A stretch of DNA of 64,000 nt, from NCBI GenBank assembly GCA_052168235.1, contig JBQLZK010000005.1:107018-171017 (forward strand), read 5' to 3'. Made by a program: the position numbers and the translations under genes. This stretch comes from Thainema sp. (GTDB lineage Bacteria; Cyanobacteriota; Cyanobacteriia; Phormidesmidales; Phormidesmidaceae). Of this stretch, positions 41,075 to 53,388 are shown one piece after another (the first letter of the stretch is position 1; each line of letters opens with the position of its first letter). The notes under the pieces are model-generated. The model ran no database searches. It was not told the DNA's origin and saw nothing but the letters and a program-made list of their open reading frames with translations.

Positions 41075-41466
41075 TCTTCCTTGTTGATCACAATTTAGGG
41101 GGACATGCAGAGATTTTACTTGGCAATATTGCTAGTCAAGGTTGGTTAGACTTACTTCCAATTCGCTTTTTGACTTTCAAGGAAATGAATCTGCCAATTG
41201 ACAGCAGCGATCGCGCGGTTTAGAGAACTGCTCAGTCAAACCGAATGGTTTTGCTGACAGCTAATCGCAGCATGAAAGGTGAAGAATCATTGGAACAGGT
41301 TCTGCGTGAGGAAAATACGTCAGAGTCTTGGCCGGTGATCACAATTGGCGATCCTAACCGTTTTCTGGACGATCGCGTTTACCGTAACCATTGTGTTGAC
41401 CGTATCCTAGAAATTTTGATTGATGCTGAAAATTTTATGGGAGCTGGTCGTCTTTTTGTTCCATAA
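41071..41466 (+). pseudogene. DUF5615/PIN-like toxin with an in-frame amber stop at codon 51
   Basis: MIFLVDHNL...SSDRAV*RTAQSNRMVLLTANR...GAGRLFVP; TAG at 41221-41223. Confidence 0.8.
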
Positions 41467-41577
41467 GCGATCGCAGTTTAAAGTATTGACGATAAACGAA
41501 TCAAATTGCTTGTGTGGATCAAGGCGAAACAAGCTATAAGATGTCGCGTCAATAGGTTTATGTTTGAGTGATCGGAG

Positions 41578-42111
41578 GTGCAAGTGGTACGAGTAAACGC
41601 TACAGCCTTGGTACTGGGAACATTAGCGCTCTCTGCTTGCAGTTTATCGCCGCAAAATGAAGCGGATACTAGCCCTGTTGAAACGGTACTACCGAGGGCT
41701 GCGAATCCAACCGATACACAGGACAGCAATCAGGAGGACAGTGTATCGTTTTGGACGTTCAAAGACATTAATGGCACGACGACTGCGATCTATGGCTATG
41801 AGGCCAGTGATGCAGTCTTTTCGGTCAGTTGCGATGATTTGGCTGAAGAGTTGGTGTTTTATCGGGCGGCGAATGCACCTGAAAACAGCGTGATTAACAT
41901 GAACCTGTTGTTGCCGGAGGGGAACACACTGCTGCGAGCCACTGATACCAGTTGGGAGCTGCCAGGCTACACAGGCCGCATGGCGAACACCGATCCGTGG
42001 TTAGAGCAGCTAGCTGAAGCGGATACGCTAACTGTTGATCTTCAGGGTGAAGATGCGCTGACAGTGGCCGTATCGCCTAAACTGAAGCGAGTGATTGCAA
42101 GCTGTAAGTAG
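41578..42111 (+). CDS. Hypothetical lipoprotein
   Basis: GGAG RBS, GTG start, LSAC lipobox. Confidence 0.65.
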   Translation: MQVVRVNATALVLGTLALSACSLSPQNEADTSPVETVLPRAANPTDTQDSNQEDSVSFWTFKDINGTTTAIYGYEASDAVFSVSCDDLAEELVFYRAANAPENSVINMNLLLPEGNTLLRATDTSWELPGYTGRMANTDPWLEQLAEADTLTVDLQGEDALTVAVSPKLKRVIASCK

Positions 42112-42150
42112 AAGATCAACTACTGCTTTCATCAGTTACAGGTTAGTCTT

Positions 42151-42660
42151 CTAATGCTGAATTTCCAGGTTCAACACGTAGTGGCCCAGATGAAGCTGAT
42201 TAGCCCATAGCTCATACTCTAATCGCAGATGCTCTGGCAGCGGCTCACCGCTCACCGTCAGGCTACGGGTGTAGTTCCGCATACGAATCTGCTCAACGTC
42301 TTTTAGCTTGGGATGCTGGAGCCAGTAGCGGCTGAGGCCAAAAATTCCCGGCCCCCAAAGATGGCGATAGCTGAAGCGACCATTGCCCTGCATGGTCATG
42401 ATGACTCGATAGGGCGAGATCTCAAACCACAGGAGCCGAGGCGTTTCAACCGTAGAAGTGAGGCCAAAAGGAGTGACTGCCGCATCGTTGAGGTGATCTT
42501 GACCGAGGCTGGCCTCTTTGATCACAGGTTCAGTTAGCAGTAGATGAAACCGCTGCTCGTCTTTTTGGTAGAGCGTGGCTGCCGTTTCAATCGTTGACCA
42601 GACGGGCAGATCAAACGACAGCAGAGACAAGCTGACGGGCCGATGGCGATGGGTTAGCAT
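42151..42660 (-). CDS. Conserved-looking hypothetical protein
   Basis: Long ORF with PRLLWFEISPYR, SYRHLW, RNYTR motifs. Confidence 0.7.
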   Translation of the reverse strand: MLTHRHRPVSLSLLSFDLPVWSTIETAATLYQKDEQRFHLLLTEPVIKEASLGQDHLNDAAVTPFGLTSTVETPRLLWFEISPYRVIMTMQGNGRFSYRHLWGPGIFGLSRYWLQHPKLKDVEQIRMRNYTRSLTVSGEPLPEHLRLEYELWANQLHLGHYVLNLEIQH

Positions 42661-42758
42661 GGGCAAATATTTAGGAGTGTGAGGAGCAGAATTTGTCGCG
42701 AGAGGTGGCTCAAAAACGGGGTAGGATGGCTAGACGAATGCTTGCCTAATTTAGCCTA

Positions 42759-44108
42759 ATGCGATCGCACAAGACTGTCACCCTCAATTCCGCTGAATCT
42801 CATCAATCTTTAGTAATTCATCCACCCACAACCGGATTGGCGCTACGGGGACGCATCCGGGTGCCGGGTGATAAGTCAATTTCCCATCGGGCGCTGATGC
42901 TGGGCGCACTGGCTGAGGGCGAGACAATTATTCAAGGCTTGCTGCTAGGCGAAGATCCGCGCAGTACGGCTGAGTGCTTTCGAGCCATGGGAGCGCAGAT
43001 TTCGCCGCTGAATGAAACCGAAGTGCGGGTGCAAGGGCTTGGTCTTGGCCAACTGCAAGAGCCGATAGACGTGCTGAATGCGGGCAATTCCGGCACCACG
43101 CTGCGGCTAATGCTGGGCATTTTGGCATCTCATCCCGATCGGTTCTTTACGGTGACGGGCGATGACTCACTGCGATCGCGGCCTATGTCACGAGTCGTTA
43201 ACCCGTTGCGGTTAATGGGAGCCAATATTTGGGGCCGCTGTGGCAGCACATTGGCACCGTTGGCGATCCAAGGCACAGCGCTGAAAGCAATTCACTACCA
43301 GTCACCAATTGCGTCTGCTCAGGTAAAATCCTGCGTCTTACTGGCAGGATTGATGGCTGAGGGGGCAACAACGGTGACTGAGCCAGCGCGATCTCGGGAT
43401 CACAGTGAGCGGATGCTGGCGGCGTTTGGGGCCAATATCCAGGTTGATGAGGAAACCTGTAGCTCGACAGTGATTGGGCCTGCCAAGTTAAACGGACAAA
43501 CCGTTGTTGTTCCCGGTGACATCAGCTCTGCCGCATTCTGGCTGGTGGCGGCGGCAATTGTGCCGGATTCGGAGTTGGTGATTGAAAACGTTGGCGTTAA
43601 TCCCACCCGCACAGGCATTCTAGAAGCCCTGGCGCAAATGGAAGCTGATATCACGCTGGAAAATCAGCGGGAAGTGGCGGGAGAACCCGTGGCCGATCTG
43701 CGGGTGCGCTACAGTCCGCTGAAGCCGTGCCACATTGCTGGGGATCTGGTGCCGCGCCTGATTGATGAAATTCCAATTATTGCGGTGGCGGCGGCTTTTG
43801 CTGAAGGGACAACCGTGATTGAAGACGCAGCAGAACTGCGGGTGAAAGAGAGCGATCGCTTAGCGGTGATGGCAAAACAGCTCACGGCGATGGGTGCCAA
43901 GGTAGAGGAACGACACGACGGCCTAGAAATTACGGGCAAAACGTCGCTCAGCGGGGCCGCACTGGATAGCTACACCGATCACCGAATTGCGATGAGCCTT
44001 GCGATCGCAGCTCTAGCGGCCTCGGGTTCAACCACCATTGCCCGCGCTGAAGCCGCATCAATTTCCTATCCGGATTTTGTGGCAACCTTAGAAGGGATCT
44101 GTCATTAA
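42759..44108 (+). CDS. aroA: EPSP synthase (class II)
   Basis: [38 protein letters not shown]. Confidence 0.97.
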   Translation: MRSHKTVTLNSAESHQSLVIHPPTTGLALRGRIRVPGDKSISHRALMLGALAEGETIIQGLLLGEDPRSTAECFRAMGAQISPLNETEVRVQGLGLGQLQEPIDVLNAGNSGTTLRLMLGILASHPDRFFTVTGDDSLRSRPMSRVVNPLRLMGANIWGRCGSTLAPLAIQGTALKAIHYQSPIASAQVKSCVLLAGLMAEGATTVTEPARSRDHSERMLAAFGANIQVDEETCSSTVIGPAKLNGQTVVVPGDISSAAFWLVAAAIVPDSELVIENVGVNPTRTGILEALAQMEADITLENQREVAGEPVADLRVRYSPLKPCHIAGDLVPRLIDEIPIIAVAAAFAEGTTVIEDAAELRVKESDRLAVMAKQLTAMGAKVEERHDGLEITGKTSLSGAALDSYTDHRIAMSLAIAALAASGSTTIARAEAASISYPDFVATLEGICH

Positions 44109-44118
44109 TGCAGGTCAC

Positions 44119-44146
44119 GTAGGGGCGAATGGCCATTCGCCCCTAC
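44119..44146. repeat. 28-bp GTAG REP palindrome
   Basis: GTAGGGGCGAATGGCCATTCGCCCCTAC. Confidence 0.85.
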
Positions 44147-44168
44147 AGATAGGTATAGATGGATTGAA

Positions 44169-45059
44169 TTAACGCCGATAGTGAACGCGGGCATCCATGC
44201 CGAAGGCGCGCAGGTAGTTCTCCCAGTTTTGGGCGGTGCCGCGATCGCGGAAGGGGCCAACGCGGACGTGGGAACCCAGATGGCTACCGATTTGCACCCC
44301 GCTAGCTGGGGCATCTAGGGCTAGCTGGGCAACATACTGGCTCATTACTTCCACACTCGCGCCGTTGCTGGGCACGACTACAAAGTAATTAGCGGAGTCC
44401 TCAGAGTCCTCGTCACTTTGATTGGCGGGAATGGGCACACCCGAACTCGGTGCAACCGCGACCGTTGATTGGCCAAACTCCACCTCGCGCGGCGCAGAAC
44501 CACCCGTACCCGCGAACGAATTAGTTAATGCACCGCTAGCGGCAATTTCGACCCGATCCAAACCTGCACCAATGCCGCGCGATTCAAGCTGGGCGATTTG
44601 CTGATTGGCGTCGTCCTGCTGCTGAAACACGCCAGCATCGATCACAGTGCGGCCCTCATGCTCTCGATAGTCGGCAGACGGAACGATAGCTCGCACCTGC
44701 TGGAGCATCAGCGGACTATCGCCGTTGACAAAGACAAGGTAGGCGTCCTGTGTAGCGGCTCGACTCGAAGCTGAGCTGCTGCGATAGGGAACGGGGGTGG
44801 CGGTTGGCAGCGTTTCGCCAAAGGTGACATTCGGCGGTGGCGGTAGCTGCTCCATGACTTGAGCAGCGGCTGGATTGGCTCCCGACACGCTGGCTGCGAT
44901 CGCAACTCCGGCTAGCCAGCCGTAGGCAACTGGCGCATCATTCAATCGCAACGAAAATCGAGACGAACGGTTAGACAGCAGCATGGCATCAAGCTCGCGG
45001 GTAGAGGAATTCATGATGTCTCCGATGCGATCGCGATTGAAGGTTACGGTCGGGGACAT
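44169..45059 (-). CDS. Hypothetical exported protein with SPOR-like repeats
   Basis: Signal-like AAA-Q segment; YLVFV...IDAGVF; HVRVGPF...DARVHY; start uncertain. Confidence 0.65.
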   Translation of the reverse strand: MSPTVTFNRDRIGDIMNSSTRELDAMLLSNRSSRFSLRLNDAPVAYGWLAGVAIAASVSGANPAAAQVMEQLPPPPNVTFGETLPTATPVPYRSSSASSRAATQDAYLVFVNGDSPLMLQQVRAIVPSADYREHEGRTVIDAGVFQQQDDANQQIAQLESRGIGAGLDRVEIAASGALTNSFAGTGGSAPREVEFGQSTVAVAPSSGVPIPANQSDEDSEDSANYFVVVPSNGASVEVMSQYVAQLALDAPASGVQIGSHLGSHVRVGPFRDRGTAQNWENYLRAFGMDARVHYRR

Positions 45060-45364
45060 TTGACAACAATATTAAGACTTTTTCATGACAAATTCCACCA
45101 GGGATAGCGCTTTACATATCGCAACATAGGCTTTATACCCTAAATGCAGATTGGGTTGTGATGACCGTAGTTACATCGGTTGAGTCTATTGGAAAACTCT
45201 GAAAACAGGCAAGCGCTGGATTTCGTAGAGGTCTCAATCAAAATGGCAACGGCTATAATGGCGTGTTCTAGATGCAGAGCAATGGTTAAACTGGATCATA
45301 GATGCTGCAACAATTTTTCATCCTGCAAGCTTTCAATACGTGGCGGATTGCGTGACCACAAGGC

Positions 45365-46234
45365 ATGATGCTGGTCTCAATCCGTAGCACACCCCCACAA
45401 CCCAACGCTATGACCGTTCCTGAATTACCGAAAGTCCGCTTCCTAACTCCCACAACGTTAAAACCCAGTCATCCCCTGTTTATCTTTTTGCCAGGGATGG
45501 ATGGCACAGGCGAATTGCTGCGAACTCAGCTAGATGGACTGGAGCGCAGTTTTGATATTCGCTGTCTGTCTGTGCCGGCAGACGATTTGACGAATTGGGA
45601 CGGGCTGGTTGAGCAGGTGGTGCGTTTAATTCGACAGGAAGTGCGATCGCACTTGAAGCGCCCCGTGTATCTCTGTGGAGAATCCTTCGGCGGCTGTTTA
45701 GCGCTCAAACTTGCGGTCGCCCATCCGACCATTTTTGACCGGATGATTTTAATTAATCCGGCTTCTTCCTACGGCCAACTGCCCTGGATGCACTGGGGTT
45801 CGGGCTTAACGCCGCTGATCCCGAGTCCGCTATACCAGTTGTCTACCTACGGACTCTTGCCGTTTCTTGCGGCCCTGGAGCGGATGGATGAGCATGCACG
45901 TCAGGCGCTGCTGGAAGCCATGCAGTTTGTTTCGCAGAAAAGTTCGGCTTGGCGGCTGTCGCTGCTGCGCGATTTCCATTTGCCCAAAACGCAGCTAAAA
46001 GCGATTACGCGTCCGGTATTGCTGGTTGCGGGACAGGCAGATCGACTCTTGCCATCGGTGTTAGAAGTGCAGCGCTTGGCTCGATATCTGCCCAACGCGA
46101 AAACTCGGATTTTGCCCAATAGCGGTCATGCTTGCCTGTTAGAAAAAGATGTCAATCTGCACCAGATTTTGCAGCAAGAGGCGTTTTTAGTGAGATCGCG
46201 CCAGTCACCGTCGTCAACGGCTAAATCGGCCTAG
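45365..46234 (+). CDS. Alpha/beta hydrolase
   Basis: LPGMDGTG, GESFG nucleophile elbow, DRLLP, SGHACL. Confidence 0.9.
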   Translation: MMLVSIRSTPPQPNAMTVPELPKVRFLTPTTLKPSHPLFIFLPGMDGTGELLRTQLDGLERSFDIRCLSVPADDLTNWDGLVEQVVRLIRQEVRSHLKRPVYLCGESFGGCLALKLAVAHPTIFDRMILINPASSYGQLPWMHWGSGLTPLIPSPLYQLSTYGLLPFLAALERMDEHARQALLEAMQFVSQKSSAWRLSLLRDFHLPKTQLKAITRPVLLVAGQADRLLPSVLEVQRLARYLPNAKTRILPNSGHACLLEKDVNLHQILQQEAFLVRSRQSPSSTAKSA

Positions 46235-46261
46235 TAGGGGCAAATGGCCATTTGCCCCTAC
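46234..46261. repeat. 28-bp GTAG REP palindrome
   Basis: GTAGGGGCAAATGGCCATTTGCCCCTAC; spans the whole gap between convergent genes. Confidence 0.85.
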
Positions 46262-47310
46262 TCCTGCACAACGTATTCTGACTCGACGGGTTCAGCCTGG
46301 CCAATTTGCACCAGTCCCTGATAGACCATTGCTGCAATATCGGCGCGGGTAGCGGGCTGACTCGGTTCGAACTGATTGAGATCGGGATAGTTGCTGATCA
46401 GCCCTGCCTGGGTTGCGGCTGCGATCGCACCACGGGCATAGTCTGGAATCTGATCAGCGTCGCTGTAGCGATTTAGGATGTCATCTGGATTTTCAGGGGG
46501 CTGCAAATCCAGACCATTGGCGAGGGCAACGATGGCCTCGGCTCGCGTCAAATTCGTATCAGGCCGAAACTGGTTACCGGGATAGCCCTTGAGGAATCCA
46601 GAAGAAGACGCTTCTGCGATCGCATCTTGCGCCCAAAAATCGGCTGAAATATCGCCGTAGTTAGTTGCCGTCTGCGACTCAGATGGCTGGTCAAATGCGC
46701 CCGCCAAAATAGCGGCATATCCGGCACGACTGACGGGCTGATCCGGTGAAAAGCTGCCATCGGGGAATCCAGAAATCACATCTCGCTCAGCTAGTTCAGC
46801 GATGAACGGAGCAGCCCAGTATTCACTTGAAACATCGGGAAATGTGACAGCAACTTGGCTCGGTTCTTCAGGAGCCGTTTCGGTAGTAGCCTCACCTTCG
46901 GGAGATGCGGCGGTTCTGGCAGGTAAGACCGTTTCGGTTTCAATTTCATCTGCCTCAGAACGGGTTGGCCGAGCTCCAATTAGCGGCAGTGCTGAAGTGC
47001 GGCGCGACGTTGAAACATTTTCTTCTTCTTCCTCTGGAGCTGGAACTGGAATCAGCGTTGGCAAAGCGGCTTCAGGCTCCTCAGCTTCTGCGTCCTCGTC
47101 ATCTTCGGTAATAAACGGCGCAAACAAGCCATCCTGTAGTGAGTCAGATTGCCCAGATAATGGCCCCATAGACAGCAGCGAACCCGTCGGTCGCCCCATG
47201 CCCCACCACAAAATCGCACCCATGATGGGAAAGGTCACTGCGATCGCAATTAGCTCATCAATGCTTAAGCGACGATTAGATTGTGGATCGGGAGGAGGGG
47301 ATTGGGTCAT
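46258..47310 (-). CDS. S-layer homology (SLH) domain protein
   Basis: Three SLH repeats (FPDV..YWA..I; GYPG..FRP..TRAE; ATRAD) after a TM helix and acidic linker. Confidence 0.9.
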   Translation of the reverse strand: MTQSPPPDPQSNRRLSIDELIAIAVTFPIMGAILWWGMGRPTGSLLSMGPLSGQSDSLQDGLFAPFITEDDEDAEAEEPEAALPTLIPVPAPEEEEENVSTSRRTSALPLIGARPTRSEADEIETETVLPARTAASPEGEATTETAPEEPSQVAVTFPDVSSEYWAAPFIAELAERDVISGFPDGSFSPDQPVSRAGYAAILAGAFDQPSESQTATNYGDISADFWAQDAIAEASSSGFLKGYPGNQFRPDTNLTRAEAIVALANGLDLQPPENPDDILNRYSDADQIPDYARGAIAAATQAGLISNYPDLNQFEPSQPATRADIAAMVYQGLVQIGQAEPVESEYVVQE

Positions 47311-47487
47311 GATTAGTTTAGGGCAACTTTAAAGGGCTACGCTTAGGCATAGCGTACAGCATGATTTTCTCGATCCGGCTAAAAAAAGGCAAGATCTGGT
47401 CAGTAAGATCTGACTTCCGATAGAAAGCGCTATCATGCAAGTCGCCTTCGACAGTATCTAATCATCACTCAACCGTAAACCGATCCT

Positions 47488-47847
47488 ATGACTTTAGAAA
47501 TGGATCAAGAAACGCGCCAGTGGGCAATGGCCTGTCATCTCATTTCCCTAATTGGCTTCGCCGGAGTTCCTTTCGGCAATATCATTGGGCCGTTAGTGAT
47601 TTGGTTGATTAAGCGAGAAGAGTCGTCGTTTATCGACGCCCACGGCAAGGAATCGCTGAACTTTCAGCTCACGATGACGCTGTATGCCTTTGCCTCGATT
47701 ATTTTATTTATTTGTGGCATTGGCATTTTGACGCTGATTGGTGTCATCATTGCCGGACTCGTGTATTCCATCAAGGCAGCCATTGCTGCGAATCAAGGCC
47801 GAACCTACTCTTATCCCGATTTCCTACGATTACGTTTTATTGATTAG
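47488..47847 (+). CDS. DUF4870 membrane protein
   Basis: WAMACHL, GPLVIWL, HGKESLNFQ, YSYP. Confidence 0.85.
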   Translation: MTLEMDQETRQWAMACHLISLIGFAGVPFGNIIGPLVIWLIKREESSFIDAHGKESLNFQLTMTLYAFASIILFICGIGILTLIGVIIAGLVYSIKAAIAANQGRTYSYPDFLRLRFID

Positions 47848-47930
47848 TTTGACTCCGTTTTATGGATGAAACGCGCCAAAAGCGCATCCTCTAGTTTTCT
47901 AAATCCCGATTGCATCAGGAGCGGAAATCT

Positions 47931-48311
47931 ATGACGACATCAGAACTCACGCCATCTGCCCGTATCTGGAGCATGATTTGCCACCTGAGTGCCCTGTCGC
48001 TGTACTTGGGCATTCCGTTCAGCAATATTTTGGTGCCATTTGCGATCTGGTCGCTGAAACGGGCAGAATCACCGTTTGTCGAACAGCAGGGACGCGACGT
48101 AGTGAACTTTCAGCTCACTGTTACCCTGGCGCTGTTGGCGGTTGGCATTCTCATGCTGCCGCTATTGGGATCGCCCCTATTTTTGCTGCTGGCGGCTATG
48201 CTGATCGGGGGATTAATTGGGAATTTAGTGGTCGTGATTTTAGGTGCGATCGCAGCTTTCAAGGGAGAACCGTATCAGTATCCGTTGGCGATTCGATTTA
48301 TTGACTGGTAG
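47931..48311 (+). CDS. DUF4870 membrane protein (second paralogue)
   Basis: WSMICHL, QGRDVVNFQ, YQYPLAIRF. Confidence 0.85.
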   Translation: MTTSELTPSARIWSMICHLSALSLYLGIPFSNILVPFAIWSLKRAESPFVEQQGRDVVNFQLTVTLALLAVGILMLPLLGSPLFLLLAAMLIGGLIGNLVVVILGAIAAFKGEPYQYPLAIRFIDW

Positions 48312-48335
48312 GGGTGAATGGTTATTCACCCTCAC
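48308..48335. repeat. Degenerate GTAG REP
   Basis: GTAGGGGTGAATGGTTATTCACCCTCAC. Confidence 0.7.
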
Positions 48336-48337
48336 GT

Positions 48338-49231
48338 CTACAGCCGATACTCAGATGCCACAATCATTGAGCCAATGCCCATATCGGTAAAGATTTCTAG
48401 CAGCAGGGCATGGGGAACGCGACCATCGACGATGTGGGCCGCTTTAACGCCTTGGGCTAGCGATCGCACGCAGCAGGTAACTTTGGGAATCATGCCACCT
48501 CCAACAATACCGTCGTCAATCAGCTTGCGAGCTTGCTGAATGTCTACGCGTGGAATTAGTGTTGAGGGATCTTGGTAATCTTTGAGAATGCCAGCTGTAT
48601 CGGTCAGCAAAATCAGCTTTTCGGCTCCCATTGCCGCTGCAATTTCGCCAGCCACCGTATCGGCGTTGATATTGTATGCCTGCCCCGTCTCATCGGCAGC
48701 TACGCTGGAGACAACTGGTATATAACCCGCTTCGACCAGTTCCTCTAGCAGCCGCACATTAGTGCTGGTCACTTCACCCACAAAGCCGATCCCTTCTTGC
48801 CCTTGGGGACGAGCCATAATCAGGTCGCCATCCTTGCCGCAGAGGCCAACAGCGGAGCCACCTGCCTGGTTAATTAGCGACACAATTTCTTTGTTGACGC
48901 GACCAACTAGCACCATCTCCACCACGTCCATTGTGGGGGCATCGGTGACGCGTAAACCGTTCTTAAACTGCGGTTCGATGCCTAGCTTCCCAAGCCAGGA
49001 GTTGATTTCCGGCCCGCCGCCATGCACCAAAATGGGCCGAATGCCCACACAGGCCATGAACACGACATCGCGAATCACTTTGGCCTTGAGGGACGAGTCC
49101 TTCATGGCCGCACCGCCATATTTGACGACAACAGTGCGCCCCCGAAATTGCTGAATGTAGGGTAGCGCTTCACTGAGTACCCGTACCCGTGTGGCTTCGG
49201 TTTCTTGGATGTATTCGCTCTCGCTGCTCAT
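48338..49231 (-). CDS. argB: Acetylglutamate kinase
   Basis: [33 protein letters not shown]. Confidence 0.97.
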   Translation of the reverse strand: MSSESEYIQETEATRVRVLSEALPYIQQFRGRTVVVKYGGAAMKDSSLKAKVIRDVVFMACVGIRPILVHGGGPEINSWLGKLGIEPQFKNGLRVTDAPTMDVVEMVLVGRVNKEIVSLINQAGGSAVGLCGKDGDLIMARPQGQEGIGFVGEVTSTNVRLLEELVEAGYIPVVSSVAADETGQAYNINADTVAGEIAAAMGAEKLILLTDTAGILKDYQDPSTLIPRVDIQQARKLIDDGIVGGGMIPKVTCCVRSLAQGVKAAHIVDGRVPHALLLEIFTDMGIGSMIVASEYRL

Positions 49232-49354
49232 GGGGCCGTTCTGCTTTTAGTATCTTGAATATCTATCGTGTTGCCAAGCTGACAGCAGTGTAAGGGAGGC
49301 TACTCGCGATCGCAACGTTATCTAGACGAGAATTCAATCAATGTCAGGAAATGA

Positions 49355-49924
49355 TTATAGATTGGAGTTGGTTTTGCCTTCGGTCACTTCAGGCCGGAGA
49401 ACGTGGGGCAGTTCGGTGAGGATGCGATCGCAAGTTTCGCTTGGCGATTCATGCGGCTGAATGGTTATTGTCAAATCGGCTTGGCTGTAAAGATGTTCGC
49501 GCTGTCCTAAGATGGTTTGCAGTGTCTTCTGGGGATCAGGGGTTTGTAGGAGTGGACGGGTCGCATCATCTTGCAGACGTTCGTACAGCAAATCCACCGC
49601 GACATCAAGCCAAACGACAATGCCGTGACGCAAATAGCTCCAGTTCATGCGCTCTAAGACAATGCCGCCGCCCGTGGCAATCACCAGATGCGTATAGGCG
49701 GAGAGCTGAGAAAGCACCTGAGTTTCAAGCTGGCGAAACGCGACTTCGCCCTCGGTGGCAAAAATGTCGCGAATCGGACGATGGGCGGCCTGCTCAATCA
49801 CGGCATCGGTATCAAAGAAACGATAGCTGAGCTGTTCAGCTAAAAGTTGGCCCACCGTGGTTTTACCCGATCCCATCATGCCAATGAGAAAGAGGTTCAC
49901 ACCTTGAAGCAAATCAGTAGTCAC
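49355..49924 (-). CDS. aroK: Shikimate kinase
   Basis: GMMGSGKT, DTD, GEVAFR, ATGGG, RPLL. Confidence 0.95.
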   Translation of the reverse strand: MTTDLLQGVNLFLIGMMGSGKTTVGQLLAEQLSYRFFDTDAVIEQAAHRPIRDIFATEGEVAFRQLETQVLSQLSAYTHLVIATGGGIVLERMNWSYLRHGIVVWLDVAVDLLYERLQDDATRPLLQTPDPQKTLQTILGQREHLYSQADLTITIQPHESPSETCDRILTELPHVLRPEVTEGKTNSNL

Positions 49925-50025
49925 GCGCTTGGTCTTGAATCACTGCACCTGCCTATTGTTGCAGATTGCCTGCACCAAAACCCAATTACCTAATCCGCTC
50001 AACATTGCACTTTGATATCGATTCC

Positions 50026-50112
50026 GTAGGGACACGGCATGCCGTGTCCCTAATCCAGGTGTTGGGTAGGGAGAGGTTAGTTGTATAGGAACACGGAGTG
50101 CCGTGTCCCTAC
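50026..50112. repeat. Two GTAGGGACACGG-type REP palindromes
   Basis: 50026-50052 and degenerate 50086-50112; same core as the 106-bp element. Confidence 0.8.
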
Positions 50113-51047
50113 TTGACGCGCATGGCCTTGAGCATGTGATAGGTAATCAAGAGCTGGGTTAGTGCCAGTGGATAGCTTTGCAGAATTTCGCCCGTGGTGC
50201 CGACGACTTTACCGATATCGTCATTGCCATCCAAGCTGCAAAACTGGCCCAGATAGGGAACTTCATTGCAGAGCACCTTTTCTAGCTCCTGCACCTGCTC
50301 TTTATTAGCGTGACCATCGACCTGCAACACATCGACGGGTTTACCCATGTCGCGATCGAGTTCGAGTCGAATGGCATCACCTAAATGACTACCGCTGGCA
50401 TCTAGAAAATGAGTAAAGTCCGGGTGAGGAATCGTGGGCCGCAAAACCAATCGCACATTGAGCAACAAATCATCTTGTCCTGACCCCTCGTCGGGTGGAT
50501 AGAAGGTCACAACGACGTCAGCCCACTGCCGCTGATGTCGGATATAGGCTTCTGAATCCGATTCTCGCTTGCGGAGTTGTTCCATAACTTGTTCGGGTGT
50601 GTAGCCCCGCTTACGCGTGTCGCGCTTGATTTTCCAGTTTGCCCGTAAATCTTCGGGTGGAGCAAGGTAAACGCGTACGTCATAGGCTTCTCGCATGCCG
50701 CGTGTGGAGTAGCCCAGCAGTCCTTCCACGATCACAAACTTGGCTGGTTTGATATATTCGGGCGGATCAAACTCACCTGTACTGTGGTTATAAATCGGCT
50801 TGAGGATGGACTGTCCGGTTCGTAGCAAGCCCAAATGCTGCTGAATAATATCCAAATAGTTACAGTCAGGATGAAGCGCAGAGATCCCCATCTCAGCTCG
50901 CTGCTTTCGATCGTAGCGATGATAGTCATCCGTGCAGATAATCGTGACGCTGTCTTCGCCGAGAATCTTGGCGATGCCTCGGGTAAGGGTCGTTTTTCCG
51001 GCTGCACTGTCACCAACAATGCCGAGAATGATGGGGCGCTGAGACAT
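50109..51047 (-). CDS. Phosphoribulokinase-family protein (non-canonical paralogue)
   Basis: GDSAAGKT, DDYH, KPIYNH, EGL, WKIKRD..RG. Confidence 0.85.
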   Translation of the reverse strand: MSQRPIILGIVGDSAAGKTTLTRGIAKILGEDSVTIICTDDYHRYDRKQRAEMGISALHPDCNYLDIIQQHLGLLRTGQSILKPIYNHSTGEFDPPEYIKPAKFVIVEGLLGYSTRGMREAYDVRVYLAPPEDLRANWKIKRDTRKRGYTPEQVMEQLRKRESDSEAYIRHQRQWADVVVTFYPPDEGSGQDDLLLNVRLVLRPTIPHPDFTHFLDASGSHLGDAIRLELDRDMGKPVDVLQVDGHANKEQVQELEKVLCNEVPYLGQFCSLDGNDDIGKVVGTTGEILQSYPLALTQLLITYHMLKAMRVK

Positions 51048-51249
51048 AGGTTAAAACCCAGGTGAGGAAAGGACGAAGGATTGTAGAGTGACCTCATTAT
51101 CTCAGGGCAATGCTGAACATGCATCTTTTCGGGAACGAGAAATGCGATCGCGTAATTTTTCGCAATATTTAACAGTTTCACATCTGTCCTAAAAACGTGA
51201 AGGTCTGCCACCACATCGCGATGACAGACCGTCACAAATTCTGGATTGC

Positions 51250-51483
51250 TTATTCTTTGACTTTGGGCTGGGGCTTTTCAGTATCTGCACTACCCACCAA
51301 GTACGTCATCTGATAGGGATTATCCACTCGCTGCGAAGCTTTCCGCACTTCCAGTCCAATCACCCGCCCGTCTTCGTCATAATCCAGCACGAACCCTGGA
51401 GCCATCTGCGTTGTCTCGTATGCCGCGTTGGGCGAAAACGTAATCTGGAGAATGTCTTTGTCGGGGTCGTAGATGATTTTCAT
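51250..51483 (-). CDS. DUF2283 family protein
   Basis: MKIIYDPDKDIL, LDYDEDGRVIGLEV. Confidence 0.85.
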   Translation of the reverse strand: MKIIYDPDKDILQITFSPNAAYETTQMAPGFVLDYDEDGRVIGLEVRKASQRVDNPYQMTYLVGSADTEKPQPKVKE

Positions 51484-51585
51484 GACGTGACGGACGAGGC
51501 AAGTGAATCTGCTGAATGTTAAGCATATAGTTGAGCGGCGACCATGTGCATGACCGCCGCTCAAATGTCATCGAACCATCACACC

Positions 51586-53388
<1,803 letters not shown>

